64,000 bases of DNA, taken from an uncultured beta proteobacterium. Lineage in GTDB: Bacteria > Pseudomonadota > Gammaproteobacteria > Burkholderiales > SG8-41. The notes under the pieces are model-generated. The model was not told the DNA's origin and ran no database searches. It saw only the letters and a list, made by a program, of their open reading frames with translations. Below, in pieces: positions 1-22,754 of this stretch. The DNA lies in contig CAVZWF010000008.1 of assembly GCA_963778865.1 (NCBI GenBank), forward strand, positions 36,778 through 100,777, read 5' to 3'. Within the stretch, counting starts at the first letter, position 1. Each line of letters starts with the position of its first letter. The position numbers and the translations under genes are program-made.

Positions 1-1
1 C

Positions 2-208
2 TACCGTCCGCAGTTCTACTTTCGCACGACGGACGTGACGGGCAGGATCGAGTTGCCGGCGGGCACGGAGATGGTGATGCCGGGGGACAACATCTCGATC
101 ACGGTGGCGCTGATCCAGCCGATCGCGATGGAAGAGGGCCTGCGCTTCGCGATCCGCGAGGGCGGCAGGACCGTCGGCGCCGGCGTCGTCGCTAAAGTCA
201 TCGAGTAA
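2..208 (+). CDS. tuf: Elongation factor Tu, 3' end (partial, first copy)
   Basis: Translates [14 protein letters not shown]...[17 protein letters not shown]; 4 differences in 208 nt versus 16697-16904. Confidence 0.97.
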   Translation, partial: YRPQFYFRTTDVTGRIELPAGTEMVMPGDNISITVALIQPIAMEEGLRFAIREGGRTVGAGVVAKVIE

Positions 209-280
209 CGGTAACTGCGGGGCGGGGCGGCGAAACAAACTTCGCGTCTTCGCCCGTTTGCATTTTAATGAACAAGGATT

Positions 281-356
281 AGGCCAGTAGCTCAATTGGC
301 AGAGCGTCGGTCTCCAAAACCGAAGGTTGGGGGTTCGATTCCCTCCTGGCCTGCCA
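281..356 (+). tRNA. tRNA-Trp (CCA)
   Basis: 76-nt cloverleaf AGGCCAG...CTGGCCTGCCA, anticodon CCA at 314-316, GGTTCGATT T-arm, canonical position between tuf and secE. Confidence 0.97.
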
Positions 357-456
357 GGACAGCTGTTGAGTGCGGATGGCTAAGAGTTTCAGCGTGTAGG
401 CACGAGCCGGGAAGTTTTCGCACTCTGCTCTGACCCTGAAATGCTGAACGGGACAC

Positions 457-807
457 ATGGTAGACAAGTTAAAAATTGCGGTGGCAGTGGTGTTGCTGTT
501 GGCGGGTATCGCGGCGTTTTATTACTGGGACCAGAGTCCGCTGATCGTGCGCGTTGGCGCGGTGCTCGGCGGCGCGGTGGCCGCGGTGGTGGTGTTCTGG
601 ACCAGCACGCCGGGCAAGGAGTTTTTTGCGTTCGCGCAGGAATCGATCGACGAGACCAAGCGCGTGGTGTGGCCGACCCGCAAGGAAACGTTGCAGACGA
701 CCGGCGTGGTATTTGCGTTCGTGTTCGTGATGGCGTTGTTTTTGTGGCTGATTGACGCGGGGTTGCTATGGGCGGTACGCATACTGATGGGTCAGGGCGA
801 TTCATGA
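457..807 (+). CDS. secE: Preprotein translocase SecE
   Basis: [13 protein letters not shown] motif, TM segments, upstream of nusG. Confidence 0.95.
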   Translation: MVDKLKIAVAVVLLLAGIAAFYYWDQSPLIVRVGAVLGGAVAAVVVFWTSTPGKEFFAFAQESIDETKRVVWPTRKETLQTTGVVFAFVFVMALFLWLIDAGLLWAVRILMGQGDS

Positions 808-1337
808 GCAAGAAATGGTATGTCGTGCACGCGTACTCCGGCTTTGAGAAGACCGTGCAGCGCGCGTTGATCGACCGTGTCGCGCGCGCCGGCATGCAGG
901 ACAAGTTCGGCCAGATTCTGGTGCCGGTGGAAGAAGTCGTCGAAATGAAAAGCGGCCAGAAGAACATTTCCGAGCGCAAGTTCTTCCCGGGCTACGTGCT
1001 GGTTGAAATGGAAATGACCGACGATACCTGGCACCTGGTGAAGAGCACCGCCAAGGTCACGGGTTTTGTCGGCGGCACTTCGACCAAGCCGACGCCGATA
1101 TCCGAGAAGGAAGTGCAGAACATCCTGCACCAGATCCAGGAAGGCGTCGAGAAGCCGCGGCCGAAGGTGCTGTTTGAAATCGGCGAATCGGTGCGCGTGA
1201 AGGAAGGCCCGTTCACCGATTTCCACGGCAATGTCGAGGACGTGAATTACGACAAGAGCAAGCTGCGCGTGTCGGTCACGATTTTCGGGCGTTCCACGCC
1301 GGTGGAACTGGATTTCGGGCAGGTCGAGAAGGCGTAA
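804..1337 (+). CDS. nusG: Transcription factor NusG
   Basis: [28 protein letters not shown] domain. Confidence 0.97.
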   Translation: MSKKWYVVHAYSGFEKTVQRALIDRVARAGMQDKFGQILVPVEEVVEMKSGQKNISERKFFPGYVLVEMEMTDDTWHLVKSTAKVTGFVGGTSTKPTPISEKEVQNILHQIQEGVEKPRPKVLFEIGESVRVKEGPFTDFHGNVEDVNYDKSKLRVSVTIFGRSTPVELDFGQVEKA

Positions 1338-1389
1338 CTGCAGGAGACGGCATTCAGGCATCAGGATTGATTGGGCAGTTGTGTTTAAC

Positions 1390-1426
1390 GGGGAGGGCAG
1401 CGTCGAATCGCGGCCCGCTACCACCC
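1390..1426 (+). promoter_or_regulatory. Probable L1-binding leader of rplK-rplA
   Basis: GGGGAG...CACCC hairpin just upstream of the rplK RBS, at the position of the known L1 autoregulatory site. Confidence 0.45.
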
Positions 1427-1445
1427 ACCATAAGGAGCAGTCATC

Positions 1446-1877
1446 GTGGCAAAGAAAATCGTCGGCTTTATCAAGCTGCAGGTGCCCGCCGGCAAAGCCA
1501 ATCCGAGCCCCCCGATCGGGCCGGCGTTGGGCCAGCGCGGTCTCAACATCATGGAGTTCTGCAAGGCGTTCAACGCGCAGACCCAGAAAATGGAAGCCGG
1601 CCTGCCGCTGCCGGTCGTGATTACCGCGTTTCAGGACAAGAGCTTTACGTTCATCATCAAGACGCCGCCGGCGTCGGTGCTGATCAAGAAGGCGCTGAAG
1701 CTCGAAAAAGGCAGCAAGACGCCGCACACCGACAAGGTGGGCAAGCTCTCGCGCGCGCAGGCCGAGGAAATCGCCAAGACCAAGATGCCCGATCTGACGG
1801 CGGGCGATCTCGACGCGGCGGTGCGGACCATCGCCGGCAGCGCGCGCAGCATGGGCGTTGAAGTGGAGGGCGCATAA
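1446..1877 (+). CDS. rplK: 50S ribosomal protein L11
   Basis: [23 protein letters not shown]; GTG start. Confidence 0.98.
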   Translation: MAKKIVGFIKLQVPAGKANPSPPIGPALGQRGLNIMEFCKAFNAQTQKMEAGLPLPVVITAFQDKSFTFIIKTPPASVLIKKALKLEKGSKTPHTDKVGKLSRAQAEEIAKTKMPDLTAGDLDAAVRTIAGSARSMGVEVEGA

Positions 1878-1878
1878 C

Positions 1879-2574
1879 ATGAGCAATCTGTCGAAACGTT
1901 ACAAGGCGCTGACGGGCAAAGTCGATCGCAACAAGCTGTATCCGCTCGCCGATGCGATGAAGATCGTCAAGGAAAACGCGACCGCGAAATTCAATGAATC
2001 GATCGACGTCGCGATCAACCTCGGCATCGATGCCAAGAAGTCCGACCAGACCGTGCGCGGTTCGGTCGTGTTGCCGGCCGGCACGGGCAAGACGGTGCGC
2101 GTCGCGGTGTTCGCGCAAGGCGACAAGGCGCAGGCCGCGAAGGACGCCGGCGCCGATCTCGTCGGCCTGGACGACCTCGCGGCCGAGATCAAGGGCGGCA
2201 AGATGGATTTCGACGTCGTGATCGCAACACCGGACACCATGCGTGTGGTCGGCCAGTTGGGCCAGATACTCGGTCCGCGCGGCCTGATGCCCAATCCCAA
2301 GGTCGGCACGGTAACGCCGGATGTCGCGGCCGCGGTCAGAAACGCGAAAGCGGGGCAGGTGCAGTACCGCGCCGACAAGACCGGCATCGTGCAATGCACG
2401 ATCGGCCGCGCGTCGTTCACGGTCGACGCCCTGGTTGAAAACATGAAAGCGCTGCTCGACGCAGTGAACAAGTCGCGTCCCACCGGCATCAAGGGCATCT
2501 ACCTGAAGAAGGTATCGGTGTCGAGCACGATGGGTGTGGGCGTGCGCGTCGATCAGGGTGGCACGCAGGCGTAA
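1879..2574 (+). CDS. rplA: 50S ribosomal protein L1
   Basis: [20 protein letters not shown]. Confidence 0.98.
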   Translation: MSNLSKRYKALTGKVDRNKLYPLADAMKIVKENATAKFNESIDVAINLGIDAKKSDQTVRGSVVLPAGTGKTVRVAVFAQGDKAQAAKDAGADLVGLDDLAAEIKGGKMDFDVVIATPDTMRVVGQLGQILGPRGLMPNPKVGTVTPDVAAAVRNAKAGQVQYRADKTGIVQCTIGRASFTVDALVENMKALLDAVNKSRPTGIKGIYLKKVSVSSTMGVGVRVDQGGTQA

Positions 2575-2651
2575 AGCGGAATTGGTGTCAAAGAATTGGT
2601 AGTGAAGGCTTTGGGCTGCCGGTGTCCGCAGTGGTAAGCGGTGCTGGCAGG

Positions 2652-2850
2652 TTGTCAAAGACCGTAGGGATAGAGGGTGAAGGGTGAATAGTGAAGGGTG
2701 AAGGGTAAAACCGGAACCCCGAGCGTTGATCCGAAGCCCGATATTTAATTGGGAATTGGCTTGACGGAGTAAAACGGTTCGGAGCGAAGCTACCCTTCAC
2801 TCCTCACGCTTTACTCCTTCACGCGAAGCACCCTACGCAGACGGCGTGTC
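2652..2850 (+). promoter_or_regulatory. L10 leader (rplJ autoregulatory RNA), enlarged by repeat arms
   Basis: GTCAAAGACCGTAGGG (2654-2669) ... TTAAT ... CCCTACGCAGACGG (2831-2844) upstream of rplJ. Confidence 0.75.
2675..2824. repeat. Inverted pair of heptamer arrays (GGGTGAA)x5 / degenerate (TTCACCC)x~5
   Basis: Left arm 2675-2709, right arm 2791-2824. Confidence 0.85.
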
Positions 2851-2953
2851 CCGATGAATCAGGTTTGTTGCTAATGCCTGGAACTTAAGGTCGCCGTGGG
2901 TCGGTTGCGTGTGCTGGCAGAGATGCGCGGCCATTAACGAATGGAGGTAGGCC

Positions 2954-3484
2954 TTGGGTCTTAATCTGGAAGAGAAACAGGCGGTGGTGGCTGAAATCGG
3001 CGCGCAGGTTGCGCAGGCACAGGCCATCGTGGTCGCCGAGTATCGCGGCCTTGGGGTCGCAGCGATGACCGATCTGCGCAAGAAAGCGCGCGGTTCGGGC
3101 ATTTACCTGCGGGTTCTCAAGAATACGCTCGCGCGCCGCGCGGTCGCTCAGACGCCGTTCGCCGGACTGGCCGAAAAACTGGTCGGTCCGCTCGCGTACG
3201 GTATTTGCAGCGATCCGGTGAAGGTTGCGAAAGTACTGCAGGATTTTGCCAAAGACAACGACAAGTTCGTAATCAAAGCCGGCGCAATGGCCAATCTGGT
3301 CATGTCTGCAAAAGACGTGGCAAGCCTGGCCAGAATGCCGAGCCGCGAAGAACTGCTCGCGAAACTTTTGGGCACCATGCAGGCGCCGATTGCGACGTTC
3401 GTGCGCACACTCAACGAGGTGCCCGGCAGGTTCGTGCGCACCGTTGCCGCGGTACGGGACCAGAAAGAAAAGCAGGCTGCTTAG
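2954..3484 (+). CDS. rplJ: 50S ribosomal protein L10
   Basis: [22 protein letters not shown]; TTG start after GGAGG. Confidence 0.96.
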   Translation: MGLNLEEKQAVVAEIGAQVAQAQAIVVAEYRGLGVAAMTDLRKKARGSGIYLRVLKNTLARRAVAQTPFAGLAEKLVGPLAYGICSDPVKVAKVLQDFAKDNDKFVIKAGAMANLVMSAKDVASLARMPSREELLAKLLGTMQAPIATFVRTLNEVPGRFVRTVAAVRDQKEKQAA

Positions 3485-3536
3485 TTAAGTTAAAAGCGGG
3501 CGTGCTTTCACTACAGACAAATTTTAGGAGAACATC

Positions 3537-3917
3537 ATGGCATTAGCAAAAGCAGAAATTCTTGACGCAATTTCCAACATGACGGTGATCGAGCTGTCCG
3601 GCCTCATCAAGGACATGGAAGAAAAGTTCGGCGTTTCGGCGGCCGCGGCCGCGGTCGCGGTGGCAGCCCCCGCTGCAGGCGGCGGCGCGGCCAAGGCTGA
3701 GGAGCAGACCGAGTTCACCGTGCACCTCTCGAGCTCGGGTGCCAGCAAGGTCAACGTCATCAAGGTGGTGCGCGCGGTGACCGGCCTGGGCCTGAAAGAA
3801 GCCAAGGACCTCGTTGATGCAGCACCGAAAGCGGTTAAAGAAGGCGTATCGAAGGCGGACGCAGATGCGATTCTCAAGCAGCTGCTCGAAGCCGGCGCAA
3901 CGGCTGAAGTCAAGTAA
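3537..3917 (+). CDS. rplL: 50S ribosomal protein L7/L12
   Basis: [22 protein letters not shown]. Confidence 0.98.
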   Translation: MALAKAEILDAISNMTVIELSGLIKDMEEKFGVSAAAAAVAVAAPAAGGGAAKAEEQTEFTVHLSSSGASKVNVIKVVRAVTGLGLKEAKDLVDAAPKAVKEGVSKADADAILKQLLEAGATAEVK

Positions 3918-4052
3918 CTTGGCAGTCGAACCGGGGCTGGCGGGCAACCGCCAGCTTTTCCCTATTGGTTTTTGTGGTGGACAGGCCACGACCGAGCGCA
4001 TCGCCCGCGGTGCGCTGGGCCCTGTACCGTCTTTCACTCTTGAGGAGCCTCA

Positions 4053-8136
<4,084 letters not shown>

Positions 8137-8197
8137 CCGCGCCGCAATGCGTGCAATCGAATTACGGAAATTTGTGCATCACGCCTATTTGGAGTGA

Positions 8198-12443
<4,246 letters not shown>

Positions 12444-12447
<4 letters not shown>

Positions 12448-12472
12448 CAGGGGTGCTGTAACCCTCTAAAAT
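12444..12472 (+). promoter_or_regulatory. Sigma70 promoter of the str operon
   Basis: TTGACA-17 bp-TAAAAT. Confidence 0.8.
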
Positions 12473-12507
12473 TTACAGTCTTTTTAGCTTCAAACCCAAA
12501 AACGGAC

Positions 12508-12539
12508 GGGACGGCAGTTTTGCCGTCCCCTCCTTTTTT
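12508..12539 (+). terminator. Terminator-like hairpin between rpoC and rpsL
   Basis: GGGACGGCA-GTTT-TGCCGTCCC then CTCCTTTTTT. Confidence 0.5.
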
Positions 12540-12608
12540 CAGGCGCGGGAAATCCGCGGGCCCTTTAAACAGAAATGAGCAGAATTTAGCAGGAAGCAAA
12601 AAGCGATT

Positions 12609-12986
12609 ATGCCGACGATCAACCAATTAGTGCGCAAGCCGCGCGTCATCCGCGTCGTCAAGAGCAAGGTGCCGGCGCTGAAGAATTCGCCGCAGAAACG
12701 CGGCGTCTGCACGCGCGTCTACACGACGACGCCGAAGAAGCCGAATTCGGCGCTGCGCAAGGTCGCGCGCGTGCGCCTGACCAACGGGTTCGAGGTGACG
12801 AGTTACATCGGCGGCGAAGGCCACAACCTGCAGGAGCACTCGGTGGTGCTGATTCGCGGCGGTCGCGTCAAGGATTTGCCGGGCGTGCGTTATCACATCG
12901 TGCGCGGCAGTCTCGATACCGCCGGCGTCAAGGATCGCAAGCAAAGCCGCTCCAAGTACGGCGCCAAACGGCCGAAGGCCGCTTAA
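12609..12986 (+). CDS. rpsL: 30S ribosomal protein S12
   Basis: [21 protein letters not shown]. Confidence 0.99.
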   Translation: MPTINQLVRKPRVIRVVKSKVPALKNSPQKRGVCTRVYTTTPKKPNSALRKVARVRLTNGFEVTSYIGGEGHNLQEHSVVLIRGGRVKDLPGVRYHIVRGSLDTAGVKDRKQSRSKYGAKRPKAA

Positions 12987-13076
12987 TCACTAAGGAGACT
13001 GAAGGCGGATCAAAGATGTACCCGGTAGAGAGTTTAGGATCCTCACCGCACCCCTCACCCTTCACTGAATTAAACC

Positions 13077-13547
13077 ATGCCACGTCGTAGAGAGATTCCC
13101 AAGCGCGAGATCCTGCCGGATCCGAAGTACTCGAGCGTTGACGTCGCCAAGTTCGTCAACGTGCTGATGCAGGCCGGCAAGAAGTCGGTGGCCGAGCGCA
13201 TTATTTACGGCGCGCTCGAGCAGATCAAGAAAAAGACCAGCAAGGATCCGCTCGAAGTATTCACGACGGCGGTCAACAACGTCAAGCCGATGGTGGAAGT
13301 GAAAAGCCGTCGCGTCGGCGGCGCCAATTACCAGGTGCCGGTCGAAGTGCGTCCGATCCGTCGCACCGCGCTGGCCATGCGCTGGTTGCGCGATGCGGCG
13401 CGCAGCCGCGGCGAAAAATCCATGGGCGCGCGGCTGGCGGGCGAAATCGCCGAAGCGGCCGAAGGCCGCGGCGGCGCGATGAAGAAGCGCGAGGAAGTGC
13501 ACCGCATGGCGGAAGCCAACAAGGCGTTCTCGCATTACCGGTTTTAA
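13077..13547 (+). CDS. rpsG: 30S ribosomal protein S7
   Basis: [22 protein letters not shown]. Confidence 0.99.
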   Translation: MPRRREIPKREILPDPKYSSVDVAKFVNVLMQAGKKSVAERIIYGALEQIKKKTSKDPLEVFTTAVNNVKPMVEVKSRRVGGANYQVPVEVRPIRRTALAMRWLRDAARSRGEKSMGARLAGEIAEAAEGRGGAMKKREEVHRMAEANKAFSHYRF

Positions 13548-13583
13548 TCCAGGACTACGCTGTCAGCTGAAGGTTTATCAAAA

Positions 13584-15701
<2,118 letters not shown>

Positions 15702-15713
15702 CGAGGAACCGAA

Positions 15714-16904
<1,191 letters not shown>

Positions 16905-16909
16905 ACATA

Positions 16910-17227
16910 ATGGCCGCTGTCAAAAGTCAGAAAATCCGTATCCGCCTGAAGGCGTTCGACTATCGCTTGATCGACCAGTCGGCGCTCGAGATCGTGGATA
17001 CCGCGAAGCGCACCGGCGCGGTGGTCAAGGGCCCGGTGCCGTTGCCGACGCGCAAGGAGCGTTTCGACGTGTTGCGCTCGCCGCATGCGAACAAGACCTC
17101 GCGCGACCAGTTCGAGATCCGCACGCATTTGCGGCTGATGGACATCATAGACCCCACCGACAAGACGGTCGACGCGCTGATGAAGCTCGATCTGCCGGCG
17201 GGGGTGGACGTGGAGATCAAGTTGTAG
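16910..17227 (+). CDS. rpsJ: 30S ribosomal protein S10
   Basis: [22 protein letters not shown]. Confidence 0.99.
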   Translation: MAAVKSQKIRIRLKAFDYRLIDQSALEIVDTAKRTGAVVKGPVPLPTRKERFDVLRSPHANKTSRDQFEIRTHLRLMDIIDPTDKTVDALMKLDLPAGVDVEIKL

Positions 17228-17347
17228 GTAAGGCAGGATTCGGGAAGCGCTAATTCCCGGAATCCCTGAAGTGAATTGCCGGCCAATTGAAGTCGGCACC
17301 TGTCCGCGGCGCTGATGCCGGGGCAGGCTAAAGAAAAGGTGAACAAA

Positions 17348-18048
17348 ATGAGTTTAGGACTAGTCGGTCGCAAGATCGGCATGACGCGCGTCTTCACCGA
17401 CGATGGGGACTCCATCCCGGTGACGGTCGTCGACGTGTCGAACAACCGCGTGACCCAGATCAAGACGCCGGAATCCGACGGCTACACCGCGGTGCAGGTC
17501 GCCTATGGCAAGCGCCGCGCGCGCCGCGTCAACAAGGCCGCGGCGGGGCACTTCGCCAAAGCGGCGGTCGAAGCCGGTTCGGTGCTGAAGGAATTCCGCG
17601 TCACCGCCGAGCAGGTCGCCAGCCTCAAGGTCGGCGGCGTAATCGGCGTTGACGTTTTCAAGGTCGGCCAGAAAGTCGACGTGTCCGGCACCACGATCGG
17701 CAAGGGCTACGCCGGCGTCATCAAGCGCCACCACTTCAAGTCGAACCGCGCATCCCACGGTAACTCGCGCTCGCATAACACGCCGGGCTCGATCTCGATG
17801 GCGCAGGATCCGGGCCGCGTGTTCCCCGGCAAGAAAATGACCGGCCATCTGGGCGACGTCAACCGCACGACGCAGAATCTGGTCATCGTGCGCATCGACG
17901 CCGAGCGCCAGTTGCTGCTGATACGCGGCGCGATTCCCGGCGCCAAGAACGGCGACATCACGGTCTACCCGGCGGTCAAGACCAGCAAACCGGGCGCGCA
18001 GCCGGCAACAAGCCGGCCGCCAAACCGGCCGCGAAGGCAGGTAAATGA
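17348..18048 (+). CDS. rplC: 50S ribosomal protein L3 (frameshift in Lys/Pro/Ala tail near 18005)
   Basis: [24 protein letters not shown]. Confidence 0.96.
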
Positions 18049-18669
18049 TGGAACTCAAACTGATCGATCAAAGCGGCAAGTCGACTGCCAACGTGGCGGC
18101 GGCGGACACCGTGTTCGGGCGCGATTACAACGAGGCGCTGATCCACCAGGTGGTGACCGCGTATCTCGCGAACGGGCGCCAGGGCACGCGCGCGCAGAAA
18201 GATCGCGGCGAAGTCAGCCACACGACCAAGAAGCCGTTCAACCAGAAGGGCACCGGCCGCGCGCGCGCCGGTATGTCGTCGAGCCCGTTGTGGCGCGGCG
18301 GCGGACGCATATTTCCGAACCGGCCGGACGAGAATTTCACGCACAAGCTGAACAAGAAAATGTACCGCGCCGGCGTGTGCTCGATTCTGTCGCAACTGGC
18401 GCGCGAAGGACGTCTCGCCGTCGTCGACAGCTTTACGCTGGAGGCGCCGAAAACCAAGCTGCTGGCGCAGAAAGTCAAGAGCATGGGCTATGAAAACGTG
18501 CTGATCGTCACCGACAGCGTCGACGAGAATCTGCTGCTTGTCGGCGCGCAATCTGCCCAACGTCAACGTCTGCGCGGTCACGCATGCCGATCCGGTCAGC
18601 CTGATCCGTCACGCCCACGTGCTGCTGACCAAGACCGCGATGGCCAAATTCGAGGAGCTGCTGAAATGA
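18048..18669 (+). CDS. rplD: 50S ribosomal protein L4 (frameshift near 18538)
   Basis: [18 protein letters not shown]. Confidence 0.96.
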
Positions 18670-19005
18670 GCGCCGCCGACGAGCACCAAGAATACCGAGC
18701 GCCTGATGAAGGTGCTGCTCGCTCCGGTGATTTCGGAGAAGGGCACCTTCGTCGGCGAGAAGAACAACCAATACCTGTTCCGCGTGATGCCGGACGCGAC
18801 CAAGCCCGAAATCAAGGCCGCGGTCGAACTGATGTTCGGCACCAAGGACAAGAAAATCGAAGTCCTGTCGGTGCAGGTTGCCAACGTCAAGGGCAAGGAA
18901 AAGCGCTTCGGCCGTTTCATGGGCCGCCGCAACAACTGGAAGAAGGCTTATGTGTCGTTGAAGCCCGGCCAGGAAATCAACTTCGCGGCAGGGGAGAGCA
19001 AATAA
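18666..19005 (+). CDS. rplW: 50S ribosomal protein L23 (frameshift near 18685)
   Basis: [14 protein letters not shown]. Confidence 0.95.
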
Positions 19006-19844
19006 TGGCGCTGATCAAAGTCAAACCGACCTCGCCTGGCCGCCGCGCGGTGGTCAAGGTCGTCAATCCCGATCTGTACAAGGGGCGGCCGCACGATGCG
19101 CTGCTCGAGCGCAAGACCAAGACCGCCGGCCGCAACAACACCGGGCAGATCACCACCCGCCACATGGGCGGCGGCCACAAGCAGCACTATCGCGTGATCG
19201 ATTTCAAGCGCGACAAGGACGGCATCGTGGCCAAGGTCGAGCGCATCGAGCACGATCCGAACCGCAGCGCCAATATCGCCTTGCTGTGCTACGCGGACGG
19301 CGAGCGCCGTTACATCATCGCGCCCAAGGGCATCGCGGTCGGCACCCAGGTGCAAAACGGCTCCGATGCGCCGATCAAGCCGGGCAACGCGCTGCCGCTC
19401 AGGAACATTCCGGTCGGCACCACGATACATTGCATCGAAATGATGCCGGGCAAGGGCGCGCAGCTCGCGCGTGCCGCCGGCACCGCGGTGCAGTTGCTGG
19501 CGCGCGAAGGCGAATACGCGCAATTGCGCCTGCGCTCCGGCGAAATCCGCAAGGTGCACGTCAATTGCCGCGCGACCATCGGGGAAGTCGGCAACGAAGA
19601 GAACAGCCTGCGCTCGATCGGCAAGGCCGGCGCGGTGCGCTGGCGCGGCATCCGCCCGACGGTGCGCGGTGTGGCGATGAACCCGATCGACCATCCGCAC
19701 GGCGGCGGCGAAGGCAAGACCGCCGCCGGGCGCCACCCGGTGAGCCCGTGGGGCACGCTGACCAAGGGCTATCGCACGCGCAAGAACAAGCGCACCAACA
19801 GCATGATCGTGCGCCGCCGGCACGCCAAAGTCAGCGCCGGATAA
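19005..19844 (+). CDS. rplB: 50S ribosomal protein L2
   Basis: [17 protein letters not shown]. Confidence 0.98.
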   Translation: MALIKVKPTSPGRRAVVKVVNPDLYKGRPHDALLERKTKTAGRNNTGQITTRHMGGGHKQHYRVIDFKRDKDGIVAKVERIEHDPNRSANIALLCYADGERRYIIAPKGIAVGTQVQNGSDAPIKPGNALPLRNIPVGTTIHCIEMMPGKGAQLARAAGTAVQLLAREGEYAQLRLRSGEIRKVHVNCRATIGEVGNEENSLRSIGKAGAVRWRGIRPTVRGVAMNPIDHPHGGGEGKTAAGRHPVSPWGTLTKGYRTRKNKRTNSMIVRRRHAKVSAG

Positions 19845-19859
19845 ACGAGGTAAATAAAT

Positions 19860-20197
19860 ATGGCACGTTCAATCAAAAAAGGCCCGTTCGTCGACTATCA
19901 CCTGATGGCCAAGGTGGAAGCCGCGCGCGCATCCAACGACAAACGCCCGCTCAAGACCTGGTCGCGGCGTTCGACCATACTGCCCGATTTCGTCGGTCTG
20001 ACGATCGCCGTGCACAACGGCAAGCAGCACGTTCCGGTCTATATCTCGGAAAACATGGTCGGCCACAAGCTGGGCGAGTTTTCGCACACGCGGATTTTCA
20101 AGGGCCACTCCAAGGCGGGCAGCACCGCGGCGCCGCCGGCTGACAAGAAGTCGAGCGTCGCCGCGCCGCTGCCGCCGCGGCACCGGCCAAGAAATGA
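19860..20197 (+). CDS. rpsS: 30S ribosomal protein S19 with Ala/Pro/Lys tail (end approximate, indel in tail)
   Basis: [21 protein letters not shown]. Confidence 0.96.
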
Positions 20198-20209
20198 GGG
20201 ATGCAGTTA

Positions 20210-20548
20210 ATGGAAACCACGGCAAAATTAAACGGCGTGCGACTGTCGCCCCAGAAGGGCCGGCTGGTCGCCGACCAGATTCGCGGCCTGCAGGTCGAAA
20301 AGGCGCTCAATCTGCTCACCTTCAGCCCGAAAAAGGGCGCGGTCATCATCCGCAAGGTGCTCGAGTCGGCGATCGCCAATGCCGAGCACAACGACGGCGC
20401 CGACATCGACGAATTGAAAGTCACGCGCATTTACGTCGAAAAAGGGCCCGTGCTGAAGCGTTTCGCGGCGCGCGCCAAGGGGCGCGGCGTGCGCGTGTTG
20501 AAGCACAGCTGCCACATTCACCTGACCGTCGGCGACGGAAGGAAATAG
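20210..20548 (+). CDS. rplV: 50S ribosomal protein L22
   Basis: [25 protein letters not shown]. Confidence 0.98.
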   Translation: METTAKLNGVRLSPQKGRLVADQIRGLQVEKALNLLTFSPKKGAVIIRKVLESAIANAEHNDGADIDELKVTRIYVEKGPVLKRFAARAKGRGVRVLKHSCHIHLTVGDGRK

Positions 20549-20550
20549 TC

Positions 20551-21317
20551 ATGGGACAAAAAATACATCCGATCGGATTCCGCCTCTCGGTGCTGCGCAA
20601 CTGGTCGTCCAAGTGGTATGCGAACAGCAAGAATTTCCCCGGCATGCTGCAGGAAGACATCAAGGTGCGGGACTTCCTGAAGCAGAAACTTGCGCCACGC
20701 CGCGGTCGGCAGAATCATCATCGAGCGCCCGGCGAAGAACGCCAAGATCACGATTTACAGCGCGCGCCCCGGCGTGGTCATCGGCAAGAAGGGCGAGGAC
20801 ATCGAATCGCTGAAGGCGCAGCTGCAGAAGCTGCTGCACGTGCCGGTGCACATCAATATCGAGGAAATCCGCAAGCCCGAACTCGACGCGCAATTGATTT
20901 CGGATTCGATCGCGCAGCAATTGCAGAAGCGCATCATGTTCCGCCGCGCGATGAAGCGCGCCATCACCAACGCCATGCGGCTGGGCGCGCAGGGCATCAA
21001 GATCATGAGCGCGGGCCGCTTGAACGGCATCGAGATCGCGCGCACCGAATGGTATCGCGAAGGCCGCGTGCCGTTGCATACGTTGCGCGCCGACATCGAT
21101 TACGGCTTCTCCGAAGCCAAGACCACCTACGGCATCATCGGCATCAAGGTGTGGGTGTTCAAGGGCGAGATCCTGACCAAGCACGAGCAGGCGCTGGCCG
21201 CTGCCGGCCGCGACGCCCGAATCGCTGGTGACCGACAAACCCGCGTCCGACAAGCCGGCGGCGAAACCCGCGCCCAAGAAAAGACGCACAGGAGTAAAGC
21301 ATGCTGCAGCCAGCTAG
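20551..21317 (+). CDS. rpsC: 30S ribosomal protein S3 (frameshifts near 20693 and 21205-21230; end approximate)
   Basis: [26 protein letters not shown]. Confidence 0.96.
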
Positions 21318-21718
21318 AAGGAAGTACCGCAAGGAACAAAAGGGCCGCAACAAAGGTGTTGCGACCCGCGGCGCCAAGGTGAGTTTCGGCGAATACGGCC
21401 TGAAGGCGCTGACGCGCGGCCGGCTTGACGGCGCGCCAGATCGAAGCGGCGCGGCGCGCGATGACGCGCCACATCAAGCGCGGCGGCCGCATCTGGATCC
21501 GCATTTTCCCGGACAAGCCGATTTCGCGCAAACCCGCCGAGGTGCGCATGGGCAACGGCAAGGGCAATCCGGAATACTGGGTCGCCGAAATCGTGCCGGG
21601 CAAGGTGCTGTATGAAATGGACGGCGTCGACGAGGCGACCGCGCGCGAGGCGTTCCGCCTCGCGTCGGCCAAGTTGCCGCTGCTGACGACGTTCGTGCAT
21701 CGTATGGTCGGAGGCTAA
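21301..21718 (+). CDS. rplP: 50S ribosomal protein L16 (frameshift near 21426)
   Basis: [18 protein letters not shown]. Confidence 0.97.
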
Positions 21719-21721
21719 GCC

Positions 21722-21916
21722 ATGAAAGCGAGCGAATTGCGCGTCAAGAACACGGACGAGTTGCGGCAGGAGCTGAATGAATTGCTGAAGGCGCAGTTCA
21801 GCCTGCGCATGCAGGTTGCGACCCAGCAACTCACCAACAACAGCCAGATCGGGAAAGTGCGCCGCGACATCGCGCGCGTGCGCACGATCATCAACGAAAA
21901 GGCGCGCCAGTCATGA
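21722..21916 (+). CDS. rpmC: 50S ribosomal protein L29
   Basis: [17 protein letters not shown]. Confidence 0.97.
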   Translation: MKASELRVKNTDELRQELNELLKAQFSLRMQVATQQLTNNSQIGKVRRDIARVRTIINEKARQS

Positions 21917-22179
21917 CCGAAACCACAGCGAACAAGCGCACGCTGACCGGCCGCATCGTCAGCGACAAGATGAACAAGACGGTGACCGTGCTGGTCGAGC
22001 GCCGCGTCAAGCATCCGCTTTACGGCAAGATCGTCACGCGCTCCAAGAAATACCACGCGCACGACGAGAAAAACGAGTTCAAGGCGGGCGATACGGTGCT
22101 GATCGAGGAATGCCGGCCGATCGCCAAGACCAAGGCCTGGCGGGTAGCCAAGCTGATCGAGAAGGCGCGCGAGATTTAA
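21913..22179 (+). CDS. rpsQ: 30S ribosomal protein S17
   Basis: [14 protein letters not shown]. Confidence 0.98.
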   Translation: MTETTANKRTLTGRIVSDKMNKTVTVLVERRVKHPLYGKIVTRSKKYHAHDEKNEFKAGDTVLIEECRPIAKTKAWRVAKLIEKAREI

Positions 22180-22201
22180 GCGAAAAAAGCAGGGAAATTG
22201 G

Positions 22202-22230
22202 TTGAAATAGCAGGGGATTCTCTGTAGAAT
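22202..22230 (+). promoter_or_regulatory. Sigma70 promoter of the spc operon
   Basis: TTGAAA-17 bp-TAGAAT. Confidence 0.7.
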
Positions 22231-22366
22231 CCCGCGTTCATTGCGCCGCGCCCTGGGATTTCGGGCGCGGATGATCTGACCCCGGACGGGTTCCAAGACT
22301 GACCGCAGACAGGTTGTTAGCGCGGTTCAAGTTGGAAGAGACAGCAGCACAAAGCGAGAGCAAAAA

Positions 22367-22735
22367 ATGATACAGATGCAGTCCATTCTGGATGTTGCTG
22401 ACAACACCGGTGCGCGCGCAGTGATGTGCATCAAGGTGCTCGGCGGCTCGAAGCGCCGCTATGCGGGCATCGGCGACGTCATCAAAGTCAGCATCAAGGA
22501 CGCAGCGCCCCGCGGCCGCGTCAAGAAGGGCGAGATTTACAACGCCGTGGTCGTGCGCACCGCCAAGGGCATCCGCCGCGCCGACGGTTCGATGATCAAG
22601 TTCGACAGCAACGCCGCCGTGCTGCTCACGGCCAAGCTGGAGCCGATCGGCACGCGTATTTTCGGACCGGTGACGCGCGAATTGCGCACCGAGCGCTTCA
22701 TGAAGATCGTTTCGCTCGCACCGGAAGTTCTGTAA
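22367..22735 (+). CDS. rplN: 50S ribosomal protein L14
   Basis: [20 protein letters not shown]. Confidence 0.99.
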   Translation: MIQMQSILDVADNTGARAVMCIKVLGGSKRRYAGIGDVIKVSIKDAAPRGRVKKGEIYNAVVVRTAKGIRRADGSMIKFDSNAAVLLTAKLEPIGTRIFGPVTRELRTERFMKIVSLAPEVL

Positions 22736-22754
22736 GAGCCATAGGTAGACAAGC

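Noticed and set aside
18045-19844. Apparent L4-L2 fusion ORF (599 aa)
   Set aside because: Created by an indel near 18538; rplD, rplW and rplB have their own starts and stops
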